A stretch of DNA of 63,794 nucleotides, filler included, from Octopus bimaculoides (lineage: Eukaryota): the NCBI RefSeq assembly GCF_001194135.2. It is 4 parts of 4 records of this genome, joined end to end, with 100 filler letters (N's around TTAATTAATTAA, not from the genome) between each part and the next. Parts side by side here need not be neighbours in the genome. Positions count along the whole stretch, not along the records: positions 1 to 23,662 come from NC_069001.1; 3 more parts are not named here. One strand, written 5' to 3'. Positions 1 to 12,400 of the stretch are shown here, piece after piece. The translations under genes were made by a program, and so were the position numbers. The notes under the pieces were generated by a model. It did not search any database, was not told the origin of the DNA, and saw only the letters and a list, made by a program, of their open reading frames with translations. The first letter of the stretch is position 1; the number at the start of each line of letters is the position of its first letter.

Positions 1-75
1 TATATATAAATAATTGAGATTCAGTTGAATTACATACTTATGTTGGTATTATCCACACAGCTCGAAGGTGAATAG

Positions 76-1209
76 AATCAAAATAAGCAACAGGATATCA
101 AATAGTAATGCAGTACGACCGTTTCAAGCAGCTCCATTTAATTGAACAATGCAATCACTACATCAGTTTAAATGCAGTGCTATCATCAGCTCCACAAATA
201 AATAGAATTTTAACCAGTTGGACACATTAATATAATTTTTCTGAAATACTTTAACAGAGCAAGAAGATGGAAGAAATTCATGTTGTTGCTATTGTCCCTA
301 TGTGTACACATCTTTATTTTTTTTTTCTGATTCTTGGCTTTTAATTAATATATAAACAGCATGTTTATCTTTCCAATATTCCATAAGTAAATGCCCTGAG
401 CAGTCTTTATAGAAACCACCTAATAAGTAATTAATTAAGTACATGAATGAATATTAATCTGATTCTATGTAATCTTTGCTTTTTAATGTTAATAATTTAT
501 ATATACACACATTTTACTTATTTTGGTTATGATATCAGATTTGATAATCTTAAATTTTATTTTTATATGACATAACAATATTGTTTATAAACAATCACCC
601 ATAGTACCCCAAGATAAAATTTCCTCTGTATTAACATCCTGGATTTTATTAGCATCTTACTCCTTTAACTGGTAATTAACATCATGATTTAGAGTCTTCC
701 CCAATCCAGCCTCCTTTTAATAGACAGTTACTCTATATCCAATTTACTATTCCTTATGTCTTCTTCCCTCCTGGATGAAAAGGGATACATATGACAATAT
801 TTATGACCATACCTAGCCATGAACTGTCAACTCACTCTTGCTCTTCATTCTAAACAGACACAGTCCTCTAGTTTTAGATTTAGTCGTAGATAAAAAGACA
901 AATAAATTAGAAATGAACTGCAATCTTTTACAAGCTATGACCCCCACTGGGCTTCATGCCATTCTTCACAGTATAGGTTATTCTTAGTTACAATAGCAAC
1001 AACATGAATTTCTTCCATCTTCTTGCTCTATGAAAGTATTTGAGAAAAATTATATTAATGTGTCCAACTGGTTAAAATTCTATTTATTTGTGGAGCTGAT
1101 GATAGCACTGCATTTAAATTGATGTAATGATTGCATTGTTCAATTAAATGGAGCCACTTGAAACGGTCATGCTGCATCACTTCTTGATATCCTGTTGCTT
1201 ATTTTGATT
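76..1209. repeat. Long inverted repeat (arms 76-295 / 990-1209); foldback/MITE-like element or inverted duplication
   Basis: The reverse complement of 990-1209 aligns without gaps to 76-295, with about 12 mismatches in 220 nt by manual count. The ~700-bp interior is non-coding and there is no clear TSD. Confidence 0.85.
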
Positions 1210-1360
1210 TATATATATATATATATACACATACACACACAGACACACATATACACACACATACACACACATACACACACATGCACGCACATAAACACAC
1301 ACACACACACACACATATACACATATATGCACAGATGTTTACATAGGGCACAGAAAATAC

Positions 1361-1652
1361 AGAATACTATGAAAAAAATACATAATTTAACTAAATAGCT
1401 GTTTCAGGAAGCTTGAAGTTATGTAATAATCATAATAGTCATAATTTACTGATGGAACATGCTTTTGCCAAATGTCTCTTAATGAGGGGAGCCAGACTTA
1501 TTGTAATATCTCTGTGTAACCTTTTACTGGTTGCATTACCAAGACATTTTGCATATTCTATCAGCAAATTAAGACTATTATGATTAATACATAACTCAGA
1601 GCTTCCCGAAACAGTTGTCAAGTTCAGAAATTTTCTTTTTTCATAGTATTCT
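1361..1652. repeat. Older inverted repeat (arms 1361-1462 / 1551-1652)
   Basis: Ungapped alignment of about 82/102 nt (agaatactatga... / ...tcatagtattct). Similarity continues beyond the adjacent Tc1 insertion. Confidence 0.8.
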
Positions 1653-1653
1653 A

Positions 1654-2838
1654 CAGTACCGTGCAAAAGTCTTCAACCACTTTAAACTATTGTAAATTTC
1701 TACTAAATGCCAACTTATAAGTTGAAGTTTTGCATTGCATTTTTTCTACAGATAAAACATTGACCCTGTTGGAATCATTTCCATACCTAATCATTATATT
1801 TTGCAGTAGGGTGTTTTTAATGAAAGGGTAAGATGGGAGACAAGCACCAAAAATAGCCATATAAAAGTTTTCAGTCTCATATAAACCAATCAAGATGCAG
1901 TGTTTTGAGAGATGTGTACAAATCCTTCACCATCTTCACAGGTATGAGATGCCATTCTTTGTGGCTGAGCTCCCACAACTCTTTAAGATTGTGTGGGTTC
2001 TTCTGATGAACTCCTCTCTTTAGTTCTGTCCACATTTGCTGTCATGGAGGCCTTCTGACAAACTCTCACTTATTAGAAAGTGAAATGACCCATGTTACAC
2101 GACAAAAACAGTTAAGTTTGGGGGTACAAAAAAAATGATGGTTCAAGAAAACTGGTTAAAATTTATGGTAAATTGAATAGTGTCAAATACATCCAGTTGC
2201 TGAAGTACAATTTGATACCAGACTTGGATGAAGGTGAGATTTTTAAGCATGATGAAGCTCAATGCCACTGATCACATGCAACACAACAGAGTCTGGCTGA
2301 TGAAGGTGTTACCATATTGAAAGATGGCCAAATGTGAACAAAACTAGAGAGAAGGGTTCATCAGAAAAATCCACACAATCTTGAAGAGTTGTGGGAGCTC
2401 AGCCACAGAGAATGGCATCTCATACCTGTGAAGATGGTGAAGGATTTGTATGCCTCTCTTCCTAGGCACATTGAAGCAATTATTCAAGTTAAGGGAAGCC
2501 ACACGAAATATTAACAATGTACAGTAACATCTTGATATGAACATTATGTAGTAGATTTTTATTATAGACATTTTTCTGTTTTAAAACACTGTATCTTGAT
2601 TGGTTTATGGGAGGTGGCCAAAAACTTTTGCATGGCTATTTTTTGGTGGTCGTCTTGCATCTTCCTGTCTTGTTCAGAACCCCTACTACAAAACGTCAAT
2701 GATTTGGTTTGGAAATGACTCCAACAGGGCTAATGTTTCATCTGTAAAAAAGCACAATGCAAAACATCCACTGATAAGTTGGCAATTTGTAGAAATTTAC
2801 AATAGTTTAAAGTGGCCAAAAACGTTTGTACAGTACTG
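1654..2838 (+). mobile_element. Non-autonomous Tc1-family DNA transposon, IR/DR type with ~255-bp TIRs
   Basis: TA|CAGTACCGTGCAAAAG ... TTTGTACAGTACTG|TA (TA at 1652-53 and 2839-40). The right TIR carries gtggccaaaaac twice (2614, 2812). Transposase remnant inside. Confidence 0.92.
2111..2514 (+). pseudogene. Tc1 transposase C-terminal remnant
   Basis: Reads VKFGG, FKHDEAQCH (FQQDNAPCH-like) and LERRVHQKNPHNLEELWELSHREWHLIPVKMVKDLYASLPRHIEAIIQVKGSHTKY*, the canonical Tc1 C-terminus. Confidence 0.9.
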
Positions 2839-3319
2839 TATATTTGTTGTACTCTATATGAATATATCTGTGTGTGTGTGTGTGTGTGTGCATGTTTCTT
2901 TCTGAATATATGTAGATATATGTCTATATGTATAAATGTGAAGCCTTGTTGTGCTTATCAGCATTACTACCTCCATGTCAGCTCATCTTGGATTTCTCTT
3001 ATAACCACTTTTGATGCCATGGGCCTTGTCCTAGATGAAAAATTCTGAATTTACATTCAAATTCATTTGAGCACTACTGTGTGTTTTCTATACTGAGTAT
3101 ATCTAGCTCTCTCTTATTGTGTGTGTATGTATGTGTGCCTGTGTGTGTGTGTATTCACCCATTTTAAATTATTCAACACAGAACTGGAATCGTTCTGTGC
3201 TATCTTTGTTCAATTCACCAACCACTTTACAAAGTTTATACACTTCTACTTTACTGTCAAAATCTTGCAACTTCTTTCACAGGATAATATACAAGTTTTT
3301 GACTAAAAAGATTTGGCAG

Positions 3320-3826
3320 TTCACCTGATAGTCCCAGTGGACACTGGAAAAAGTGTTGCCCTGGAGGATGGTGAGGGAGATATGCTGGAACAGCCACTCC
3401 AACTGATGGAGCTCACACTTGCAGATAGCCACCTCCATTCCAACAGCAGCGAGCAGGGATGTAGTCCAGTAGCTAGGAACAATGGAGATCTCCACTGCCA
3501 CAAGCTCAACCCGAAACCTATCTGACAATGGCTGATACTTTGACAGTTTGCCTTCTTTGGCCTGATAAGCAGTGAAGCCTGGGTTGGTAGCTAAACACAT
3601 CAAGTTGCCAGTATAGGTGTTGCAACATGATGTCGTGGTGGTGGTGGTAGTGGTGGTGGTGGTGGTGGACCTGTCACTGCAGAACAGGAAAAGTGTCATA
3701 CCATCTGGTCTTTTATCATCCCCTCAGTCCATCCCCTCAGTCCATCCCCACTGGCTTGAGCTGGAGAGGGAATCCTGCAGCAACAAGGCTACACTTTATG
3801 ATCTCATTGAAAGCAGCATGGCATGA
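3320..3826 (-). mobile_element. CRE-like non-LTR retrotransposon remnant (restriction-like endonuclease domain)
   Basis: Minus strand reads SCHAAFNEIIKCSLVAAGFPLQLKPVGMD..KRPDGMT..KEGKLSKYQPLSDRFRVELVAVE..WLFQHISLTILQGN, matching the RH..LN..EP.GL..GKRPDG / K..KY / QRLS.A.QRGN motifs. Confidence 0.8.
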
Positions 3827-3857
3827 AAAGCAGCCCAATAATGGCATGACAATGGTT

Positions 3858-4072
3858 TCAAATTTTGGCACAAGGCCAGCAGTTTTTGAGGGGAGGTGTT
3901 AAGTTGATTACATTGACGACCTCTGTGTTAGACTGGTACTTATTTTATTGACCCCAAAAGGACGAAAGGCAATGTCAACCTTGGCGGAATTTGAACTCAG
4001 AACATAAAGACAGACAAAATGCCATCAAGCATTTTGTCTGGCATGCTAACAAGTCTGCAGCTCACTGCCCTT
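3858..4072 (-). mobile_element. tRNA-derived SINE, family B (GGCGGCGAGCTGGCAG head, CCTTTCATCCTTTCGGGGTCGATAAA core)
   Basis: Matches the near-intact copy at 34703, with heavy CpG decay. Confidence 0.85.
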
Positions 4073-4257
4073 ATAATGGTATGACAATGCCATCTATAAC
4101 ACACTATGTATCATCAGTATATGTTTAATAGGCTGAATATATTTGTATTTACACTTAACCCACCATTAATTATTCTACTTTATATGTTCTTCCACATTCT
4201 ACTATTACCTTTTCTATTCAATTTGCTAACAAGATTATTATGTACCTGGGGTAGCCA

Positions 4258-4343
4258 TCTGGTTTCACCAGTCCTCAGTCAAATCGTCCAACCCATGCCA
4301 GCATGGAAAGCGGACGTTAAACGATGATGATGATGATGATGAT
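4258..4343 (+). mobile_element. RTE-type 3' tail fragment
   Basis: cccatgccagcatggaaagcggacgttaaacg followed by (ATG)n, the same tail that ends the RTE at 17890. Confidence 0.8.
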
Positions 4344-4726
4344 TTGTTACTTTTGCATGGAATATGTCAAATGCATTGTAAATGTGTAGCTCTTGCATAA
4401 AATAAACCTGCTATCCCTTGAAAACCTTCAGAAAATGTATGTAACCTGTTTGTAAGATCATGTATCAATGTGTAAATATGCATATATTTTGGTAGTTTCA
4501 AATACAAATACATGCCCAACCTTTGTTAAATTAGGTAAAGCATTTAGAGTAGAAAATAACATAATGTAGTAAAACAAGTGAGTCATTGACTACCACATAT
4601 TGTATATATCAAAAGTAATCATATCCGTATATTTTGGGAGTGATGAATCTAAAACAGTAATAACCACAAAGTTTAGTAAGACACCCACCATCATTAATAA
4701 TTGACAAGTCAGGTCCTCAAGTATAA

Positions 4727-4785
<59 letters not shown>

Positions 4786-4872
4786 CATTGAAATAGCATA
4801 CATGCTTGCACACCCACCTACACACCTGCACCCACATATACTCACACATACCCACACACAAACATTCCTTTA

Positions 4873-5093
4873 CTCTTTAGCATTCACATTACTCAGTCAA
4901 ATGTGATACTTATTTATTCACATTATTTTTAATTAATCATGTATTATCTTGTAGTTATGAGATCTTAGATGATGTGATTGTCTATTTTAAGAATAACATT
5001 GTAGGGTAGGTGTAAGAAACCGGATTTGGCCAGTTTGAACATAAAATAGGTAGAATATTTGGGCTGGATTTGGTCAGTTTAAACGCTAAAGGG
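4873..5093. mobile_element. piggyBac-type MITE
   Basis: Ends ctctttagcatt ... aaacgctaaaggg (CCCTTTAGCATT-like TIR) with degenerate TTAA flanks. A second copy lies at 59914-60137. Confidence 0.65.
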
Positions 5094-5769
5094 CTGAATA
5101 CTGATTACAAAACCTATATCTTAATGTCTTTTGCAATTTAATGCAATTTAATACACTGATGAATTATTTTCCTCAGCAATTCTTCATTTCTAAAAAAATA
5201 TTTTTCTTATCACTTGTATATGTTAAAAAAAAAATTTTAACCACTGAGTATTCTTTTAGTTATTGAAGAAACACTTCTGTTTAACTAATATGTCTATTTA
5301 TATAACACTGTAATCTCTCTTTGTTGTCTCTGAACTGATTTTTTGTTAACTGAAACCACTAATTGTTACCTTGAATGTTTGAATTTGTAAATTTGCAAAA
5401 GACAGTTATACCAGTTATACCAGAATTAGGAAACCTACAAGAAAACACTCAATACACACAGGGTTTTTTTTTTCACTGAGATAAGAAAAAGAGGAACATA
5501 AGTTCCAAATCTAGTAATAATCAAAATAATGACGATGATGAAGATGAGTACAGGGTGTAGCTTGTCAGTAGAACCAGTATGAAAGTATTTACTCGTGTAC
5601 CTGTTGATCTAATAAAAATTATGTCAGCTGTCATTTTGTGGTATTACTTATGTAGAACACAATAGCATGAAGTTGACATAGGTAGAGGTATGTGTGTAAT
5701 CCTTAAAGGAATGACAACATATGTTTGAAAATGATTCAAGCATTTCTCTTTTCTTTTTGAATACACACA

Positions 5770-5805
<36 letters not shown>

Positions 5806-6462
5806 TATATATTTATTTATATATAATATATATATATATATATAAAAAGGACAAGATTTTATCCTGCACACACACACACACACACNNNNNNNNNNNNNNN
5901 NNNNNNNNNNNNNNNNNNNNNNNNNNNNNNNNNNNNNNNNNNNNNNNNNNNNNNNNNNNNNNNNNNNNNNNNNNNNNNNNNNNNNNNNNNNNNNNNNNNN
6001 NNNNNNNNNNNNNNNNNNNNNNNNNNNNNNNNNNNNNNNNNNNNNNNNNNNNNNNNNNNNNNNNNNNNNNNNNNNNNNNNNNNNNNNNNNNNNNNNNNNN
6101 NNNNNNNNNNNNNNNNNNNNNNNNNNNNNNNNNNNNNNNNNNNNNNNNNNNNNNNNNNNNNNNNNNNNNNNNNNNNNNNNNNNNNNNNNNNNNNNNNNNN
6201 NNNNNNNNNNNNNNNNNNNNNNNNNNNNNNNNNNNNNNNNNNNNNNNNNNNNNNNNNNNNNNNNNNNNNNNNNNNNNNNNNNNNNNNNNNNNNNNNNNNN
6301 NNNNNNNNNNNNNNNNNNNNNNNNNNNNNNNNNNNNNNNNNNNNNNNNNNNNNNNNNNNNNNNNNNNNNNNNNNNNNNNNNNNNNNNNGTATAGTTCGTG
6401 AATTTAGAGGGTTTAGATTTGCGATACATCTCATTTCCTATCGTAGATGGGTAGATTTGCTA

Positions 6463-7132
6463 TCTTACTATAATGAGTGTTATGTCCGTCTGTCTGTCTG
6501 TCCGTCTCTTTGCCTTTTCCCTCTTCCTGGCCAGATAGCTGGACCAATGGTTACAATATTTTGGGGGATTACAAAGACGGTCATCAGGAAGGTTTTTAGC
6601 ATTAAAAACTTAGAAAGTATGATTATTTCATGGATATCGATTTTTGAATTGGTAAACTACCTTCGCATTTTATCGTAGATACGAAGAGTAGTGGGGGACG
6701 GTTAATAGTAAAAATAAAATGGAAAACTTGTGTGTCAGAATATAGTATGTGTGATTATTTGGTGGTTATTGAAGTGTGTCAGTCTTGAGCAGGATTCGAA
6801 ATTGCTAATTGAAGCAGCTGTTGTTTACATCTCAGTTTTGTCAATCAAAATAATCTATGGTACTAGAACATCCAGACATTATTCATATAGAACAGTGAGA
6901 GATAAGTCTTAGTTTGATTTTTTGCAACCCTACAGATTCTGCTCGAGCATTCACAGCAAGCAAGGCACAGGGCCATACTTTAGATCATGTAGGTGTATTT
7001 TTACCCACCCCGATGTTTACACACAGCCAGTTATACTTCACTATGAGTAGAGTAACAGACTCCAGTAATTTGAAAATTAGTGTCGACCAAACAGAAAATA
7101 TCATCTACAAAGAGATTTTGGTATCATATTGA
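6463..7132 (+). mobile_element. Helitron remnant (5' end plus helicase C-terminus)
   Basis: A|TC 5' end followed by (CTGT)n. 6914-7132 encodes ASKAQGHTLDHVGVFLPTPMFTHSQLYFTMSRV..ENIIYKEIL (PIF1-like Helitron helicase motif VI region). The 3' CTAG was not located. Confidence 0.8.
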
Positions 7133-8020
7133 TATTATCAAAAGGAATATGATTCATAATTTAAACAAGGAAATCTGTGAACTTTGAATGTATAAGAGTA
7201 TAAACAAACGTAAAATAATGTAAACAACTAAAATAAAAGTATATCTAAATAAAATGTTTTTCTCAATACTTTTTATGTAGTGGTTGAAGGAAGCTCTGGC
7301 TTTCGTTAGGAGTGGTCCACATAACCGTTCAGGATACAGAGGCTGGGAGCCTATTTCAATTTGGGAGTGAATTGTCATCACATGTCACTTTGTTGCAAAC
7401 ACATATCATATAGCTTCAATAGAATGCTGTATCACCAACAATAACGTGATTTCTCTAAGACATCACCCAATAATCTATCAAGTCCATATACACGTTTCTC
7501 AATACATACTGCTGTTATGACTTCCCTCTCTCATTTTATGCCTCCATCATAGATGGATAGATTTGATAGTATAGGTAATGATATGTAGCAAATAAATGAG
7601 AGAAAGATAATATTATTAGTGACGATATGGCTTTTTATTTTCATCATTACAATGTAAGATACAACTTCTTTGAGTTGTTGTTATACACAGATTGCCATTC
7701 TGTTATCAATTCTGCAGGTAGTTAAGTTCACCTTTTGTCAACTGCTAGAAGAATGGGTGAAAGAAAGAAAGAGTTTGATAAGTGCCAACACACAAACTCT
7801 CGGACCTTGAGTCACTCTGCCGCTTCTGCTAAATATTAATAAAAATATACATATACTCATATTTTGAGTTCTATTTTTCCTGTTTGCATCACCATACCTA
7901 TATATATATATCAAAAATTTAAATGAGATCTACTTTAGACCTTTGGGGAGAAATCTCTTGCTATTTTGGTAGCGATTACATGTTTATCTCATCAACACAT
8001 TGTGGAGATATCATCATATG

Positions 8021-8061
<41 letters not shown>

Positions 8062-8393
8062 TCCATAGATCTCTATGGAGTAGACATATATATTGGTGGC
8101 AATCTTATCTGGAATCTGGCAAGTGGTGCCGACCCTACTAAAGAGGCTCTGGTCTTAAAGCCAAAATTGTCGATGGTATAGGGATATCACAACTGCCACT
8201 TTCAACCATTTATGGTCACTGTCAGTATGCATGTATACAATTATGTGTTAACTGCAGCATCAGAGTACCCTAGCTCTTATTTCTACCATTGTAGGTGTCA
8301 TATTTAGTGACAATTATAATTTTCCTTTTTGGTGATACATTGTTAAACTGCTGCCTAATCATGTGTATATATATATATATATATATATACACA

Positions 8394-8550
8394 GGTGCAG
8401 GTGTGGCTGTGTGATAAGAAGTTTGCTTCTTAGCCACATGGTTCTCAGTTCAGTTCCACAGCATGGCACCTTGGGCAAGTGACTTTTACTATAGTCTTAG
8501 GTCAACCAAAGCCTAGCAAGTGGATTTGGGTGATGGAAACTGAAAGAAGT
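8394..8550 (+). mobile_element. tRNA-derived SINE, family A (CORE-like gcaccttgggcaagtg block)
   Basis: ggtgcaggtgtggctgtgtgataag head, CORE-like centre, ggaaactgaaagaag end. Confidence 0.85.
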
Positions 8551-8603
8551 GTATACTATATATACATATATGTGTGTATGTGTGTGTGTGTGTGTGTGTG
8601 TAT

Positions 8604-9643
8604 CTTACAGTCTTACATGCTTATGGAATCCCCAAGTATCTACTGGACCTGATATCACTGCTCTACACCAACTCCAGAGCCAAAGTCATTACACCTGATG
8701 TGATGACGGAGTTCTTCGAGATACTGGCTGGAGAGCTTCAGGAAGATACATTGGCTCCCTACCTTTTTATCATTGTGGTGAGACTATTGTATGCAACTTA
8801 CATTGGAGAAACATCAGGACTCTGGCTTTACTGTAGTACCAGCTGAGAATAAGAGGGTCAAGGCTAAAAATATATCAGATGCTGAATTTGCTGATGACAT
8901 AGTTCTGGTGACAAACACAGTGAGGGAGGCAGAGGAGTTGATGCAGGAGAAGACTGCGTCGATGAGTGTGGGGCTGAAAATGAATGAAATTAAGATGAAA
9001 TATCTGGTAGAGAACATTAAGAGGCCAGAGAAGATTATGAATGTAGGTGGAAAGCCACTACAGTTAGTTGAGGACTTCCTGTATCTGGGAGCAAAGATTG
9101 GTAACACTGAGGGTGATATAGCTGAGAGGAAAAACAAAGCCTGGGTGGCATACCACAGCTTGAGATCTGTATGGAAGTTGGACCTTCGTAAAGATTTGAA
9201 GATCCATTTCTTTGTTGCTGCAGTGGAGACTGTGCTGTTGTATGGGTCTGAGACTTGGACACTGACCAAGAAACTCCCTCAGATGGTGGATGGGTGCTAA
9301 ACAAGAATTCTGAGGATGGCTCTGAACATTAATCAGTGTACACTGAGGATGAAGAACTCAGAACTGTATGAGAGCCTTCCAATTGTTAGGTCGAAAACAA
9401 CACAGACTAGACTGAGGTTAGCTGGTCATGCTCTCTATCATTCAGAGTTGATACTGCACTCAGAGCTCCTGTGGGAGCCCCTACATGAACACACTAGAAG
9501 AGGGAGACTGAGGATGATATATGTTGATGCCCTAAGGACAGACACTGGCCTCTGAGAGACAAGGACATGGCAGCGATAATGAGGGATAATGACTGCTGGA
9601 GAGAACTCATCTATGAATCTTGGGAATTTTGCCTGCCCTATAT
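8604..9643 (+). mobile_element. RTE-clade LINE, reverse transcriptase remnant
   Basis: GELQEDTLAPYLFIIV, EFADDIVL, FLYLG, LLYGSETWTLTK, RLRLAGH, RGRLR motifs with frameshifts and stops; truncated by a gap. Confidence 0.92.
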
Positions 9644-9991
9644 NNNNNNNNNNNNNNNNNNNNNNNNNNNNNNNNNNNNNNNNNNNNNNNNNNNNNNNNN
9701 NNNNNNNNNNNNNNNNNNNNNNNNNNNNNNNNNNNNNNNNNNNNNNNNNNNNNNNNNNNNNNNNNNNNNNNNNNNNNNNNNNNNNNNNNNNNNNNNNNNN
9801 NNNNNNNNNNNNNNNNNNNNNNNNNNNNNNNNNNNNNNNNNNNNNNNNNNNNNNNNNNNNNNNNNNNNNNNNNNNNNNNNNNNNNNNNNNNNNNNNNNNN
9901 NNNNNNNNNNNNNNNNNNNNNNCAACTGAAAAGATCCCTTTTTACTACATTCTTTCTCACTCTGTCTCCATATACGTATATTGCTCATGCT

Positions 9992-10037
<46 letters not shown>

Positions 10038-10385
10038 GTGTGTGTGTGTATGTGTGTGTGTGTGTATGTGTGTGTGTGTATGTGTGTGTGTGTGTTTGTA
10101 TACATATGTGTATAAAGAATTTTACTAGGGCGACAGAGTCGAAAGGTCCTCACAAAGCACCAGCAGCAAGCCAAGAAAATTCTTTATATCTATGTAAGAA
10201 ATGAAAAAAACAAACTTAATTTACTGATACAATATAAATTGCCCCAAATAATGCAGAAATCTGTCCTGATCAAAAGGCCTGTTCAATGGAAAAGACATGG
10301 TCTGATATGGAATAAAAAGAATTGAAATAAAGGCATTCTATTGTGAAAATTGCCTGGTGATGACTAGATACTCAGCTAATTAATA

Positions 10386-10428
<43 letters not shown>

Positions 10429-10539
10429 GTGACAATGACGATGGTGATGATGATATAGTAGGCACAGACAAAGTTGTGTAGTTAAGAAGTTCGCTTCAGA
10501 GACTGACAGTTACATGGTCTACAGAGCTATCGATTATGA

Positions 10540-12400
10540 ACTGAAGCTATCACTATAATCACAAACAGAATTAGGCTGTCAACAAGAACATTCCCAGGTG
10601 ACCTTTTATCTGTAATGCCTTTCATTCCAACAGTGAACCCCGTGTCAGCTCTGATACAGAAATGCAAAGGCTACATGGTAGGACCTACAAAGGTGAGAAA
10701 AATTATCATCATATCATTTTTGCTGATAACCTTAAGTACAATTCATTGCACCATAAGACAGTCAGACATGATGACAACATTCTTGTGAGACAGGAATGGA
10801 GTTTGATCAGGATAAGTATTCAAATTTCATGATCCTACAAAGAAAGATTGTCAACCAGACAAGGAATATGGACACCAACAGCTTGTTTCCAAAATCTTTA
10901 ATGATGAATATTTCAAATAGCTTGACATTGATAAGAATATTGCATATGTTGATGCTGTGAGTAAAGCTGAAGTGACAAAAGAATACTTTAGCAAACTTCA
11001 GAAGCCAGAGATATCTTCATTTGATGAATCCATATTCCACAATGCTTTTGCAGTGCTGTGCTGGTGTCATTCTTTGGGATACAAGACACAACATTAGAAG
11101 AAATCCCCAACATGGTTATATAGAAAGATACTAACAACCACTAGCAACTTCCTCATCAATAGTAACACTGACAGAATCTATGTTAAATGAAGGGATGGTG
11201 GCAATATCATAAGGTCAGTTCAGACAGCCTTTGACTGCTACATCAAACCATGTAGGACATCACTTACTAAACAGTAAATAGAGAAATAAGTACACCTATA
11301 TGGATACCCTTCAGCAAAAGTAATGACATCATAAGATTAGGTGAAGAACTCCTGAATAGGTACCCTGAGTACACATCCGTTCTATGAGAACCAAGGGTGA
11401 CTGGACTGACCTGCTTAAACAGAAACTTGGAGGGGAAAAACTCATCAGAGTAGTAGGAAGTTATTCATGGGTGCACATCATACAAACTTGAGAATACTAA
11501 CAACATTGAGAGGAATAGTAGCCTCTCATGACCTGTGATGCACATATCACATCTCACTTAGAAGGCAATACCCCTGCTAACCAGGCACAGGTGACAGCTG
11601 CTAAATATCTGGTCAAAGGTGACAGCTACTAGATATCTGATTGACAAGAGAGCAAAGGATACCTCCAGACCTCTACATTATGATAGAATATGTTGGTTGT
11701 TGCCATACCAGTATGGCCAAGGGTGAACCTAAGGGGTGTGCCTGAGGGGTTTGTGCTACCCTCAAGAAAAGAAGTGTACCCTTCTAAATAATGTTATTAC
11801 GCCCTTTTCTCCTGGAATTGTATTCCCTTCTGACCTTGTGCCCTCCCTTTGAAAAATTCATGGTACTGTGCCTGATGGCAGCTGTCTGAAAATGTCTTCA
11901 AGATACTATCTGCCCATGAGACATGCCATTGTCATTAGAACTATCTACACTGCAATGCACAGGAAGAATTTGTCTTGATGGTCATACAAAAAGCATGACT
12001 TTATCTAAATCTTTAAAAATAAAGAAAACTGGTGTGACATCTCAATAAAAACAGAACCCTGTGTAAGTACAGTTGACAGGTCAGATATTATTCTGTGAAA
12101 CAGATAGTAAAAGTTGTACCCTGTTGTAGAGTTCAGCTGCTAAAGAATGTGAAGGATTCATAAAAAATTAGGGAAAAAAATAACTGTTGACCTAATGAGA
12201 GACTTAACCCATACTATAAATTTTCATTTGTACCTGTTATCATAGATGCACTAGGCAATGTAACTAATAGATTTGTATAAAAGAGTAGAAATGCTGAGAT
12301 TCTTGAAAAAAAAAGGCAAAAAAGAAAAGAAAAATGCAATCTGATTTGCTTATAGTTGATTAGAAGTAGTGAAAATCTGTAAAACCTCTCAAGGATTCTC
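10540..12400 (+). mobile_element. R4/Dong-like (RLE-type) non-LTR retrotransposon remnant
   Basis: RTFPGDLLSVMPFIPTVNPVSALIQKCKGY (RT), HIIFADNLKY, GSCLKMSSRYYLPMRHAIV (zinc knuckle), and degraded RLE motifs. Confidence 0.8.
11718..11874. mobile_element. Small MITE-like insertion inside the R4/Dong remnant
   Basis: Flanked by ATGGC direct repeats (11713-17, 11875-79). GC-richer, with degenerate CAGGGGCGG-like ends. It interrupts the zinc-knuckle coding region. Confidence 0.5.

Noticed and set aside
661-770. Minus-strand exon with strong acceptor and donor
   Set aside because: Stops in all three frames and it lies inside the foldback interior. It shows how often such signals occur by chance.
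7950-8330. Possible AP-endonuclease remnant upstream of the RTE
   Set aside because: Only a GGNLIW (GGDFN-like) hint; too degraded to support.
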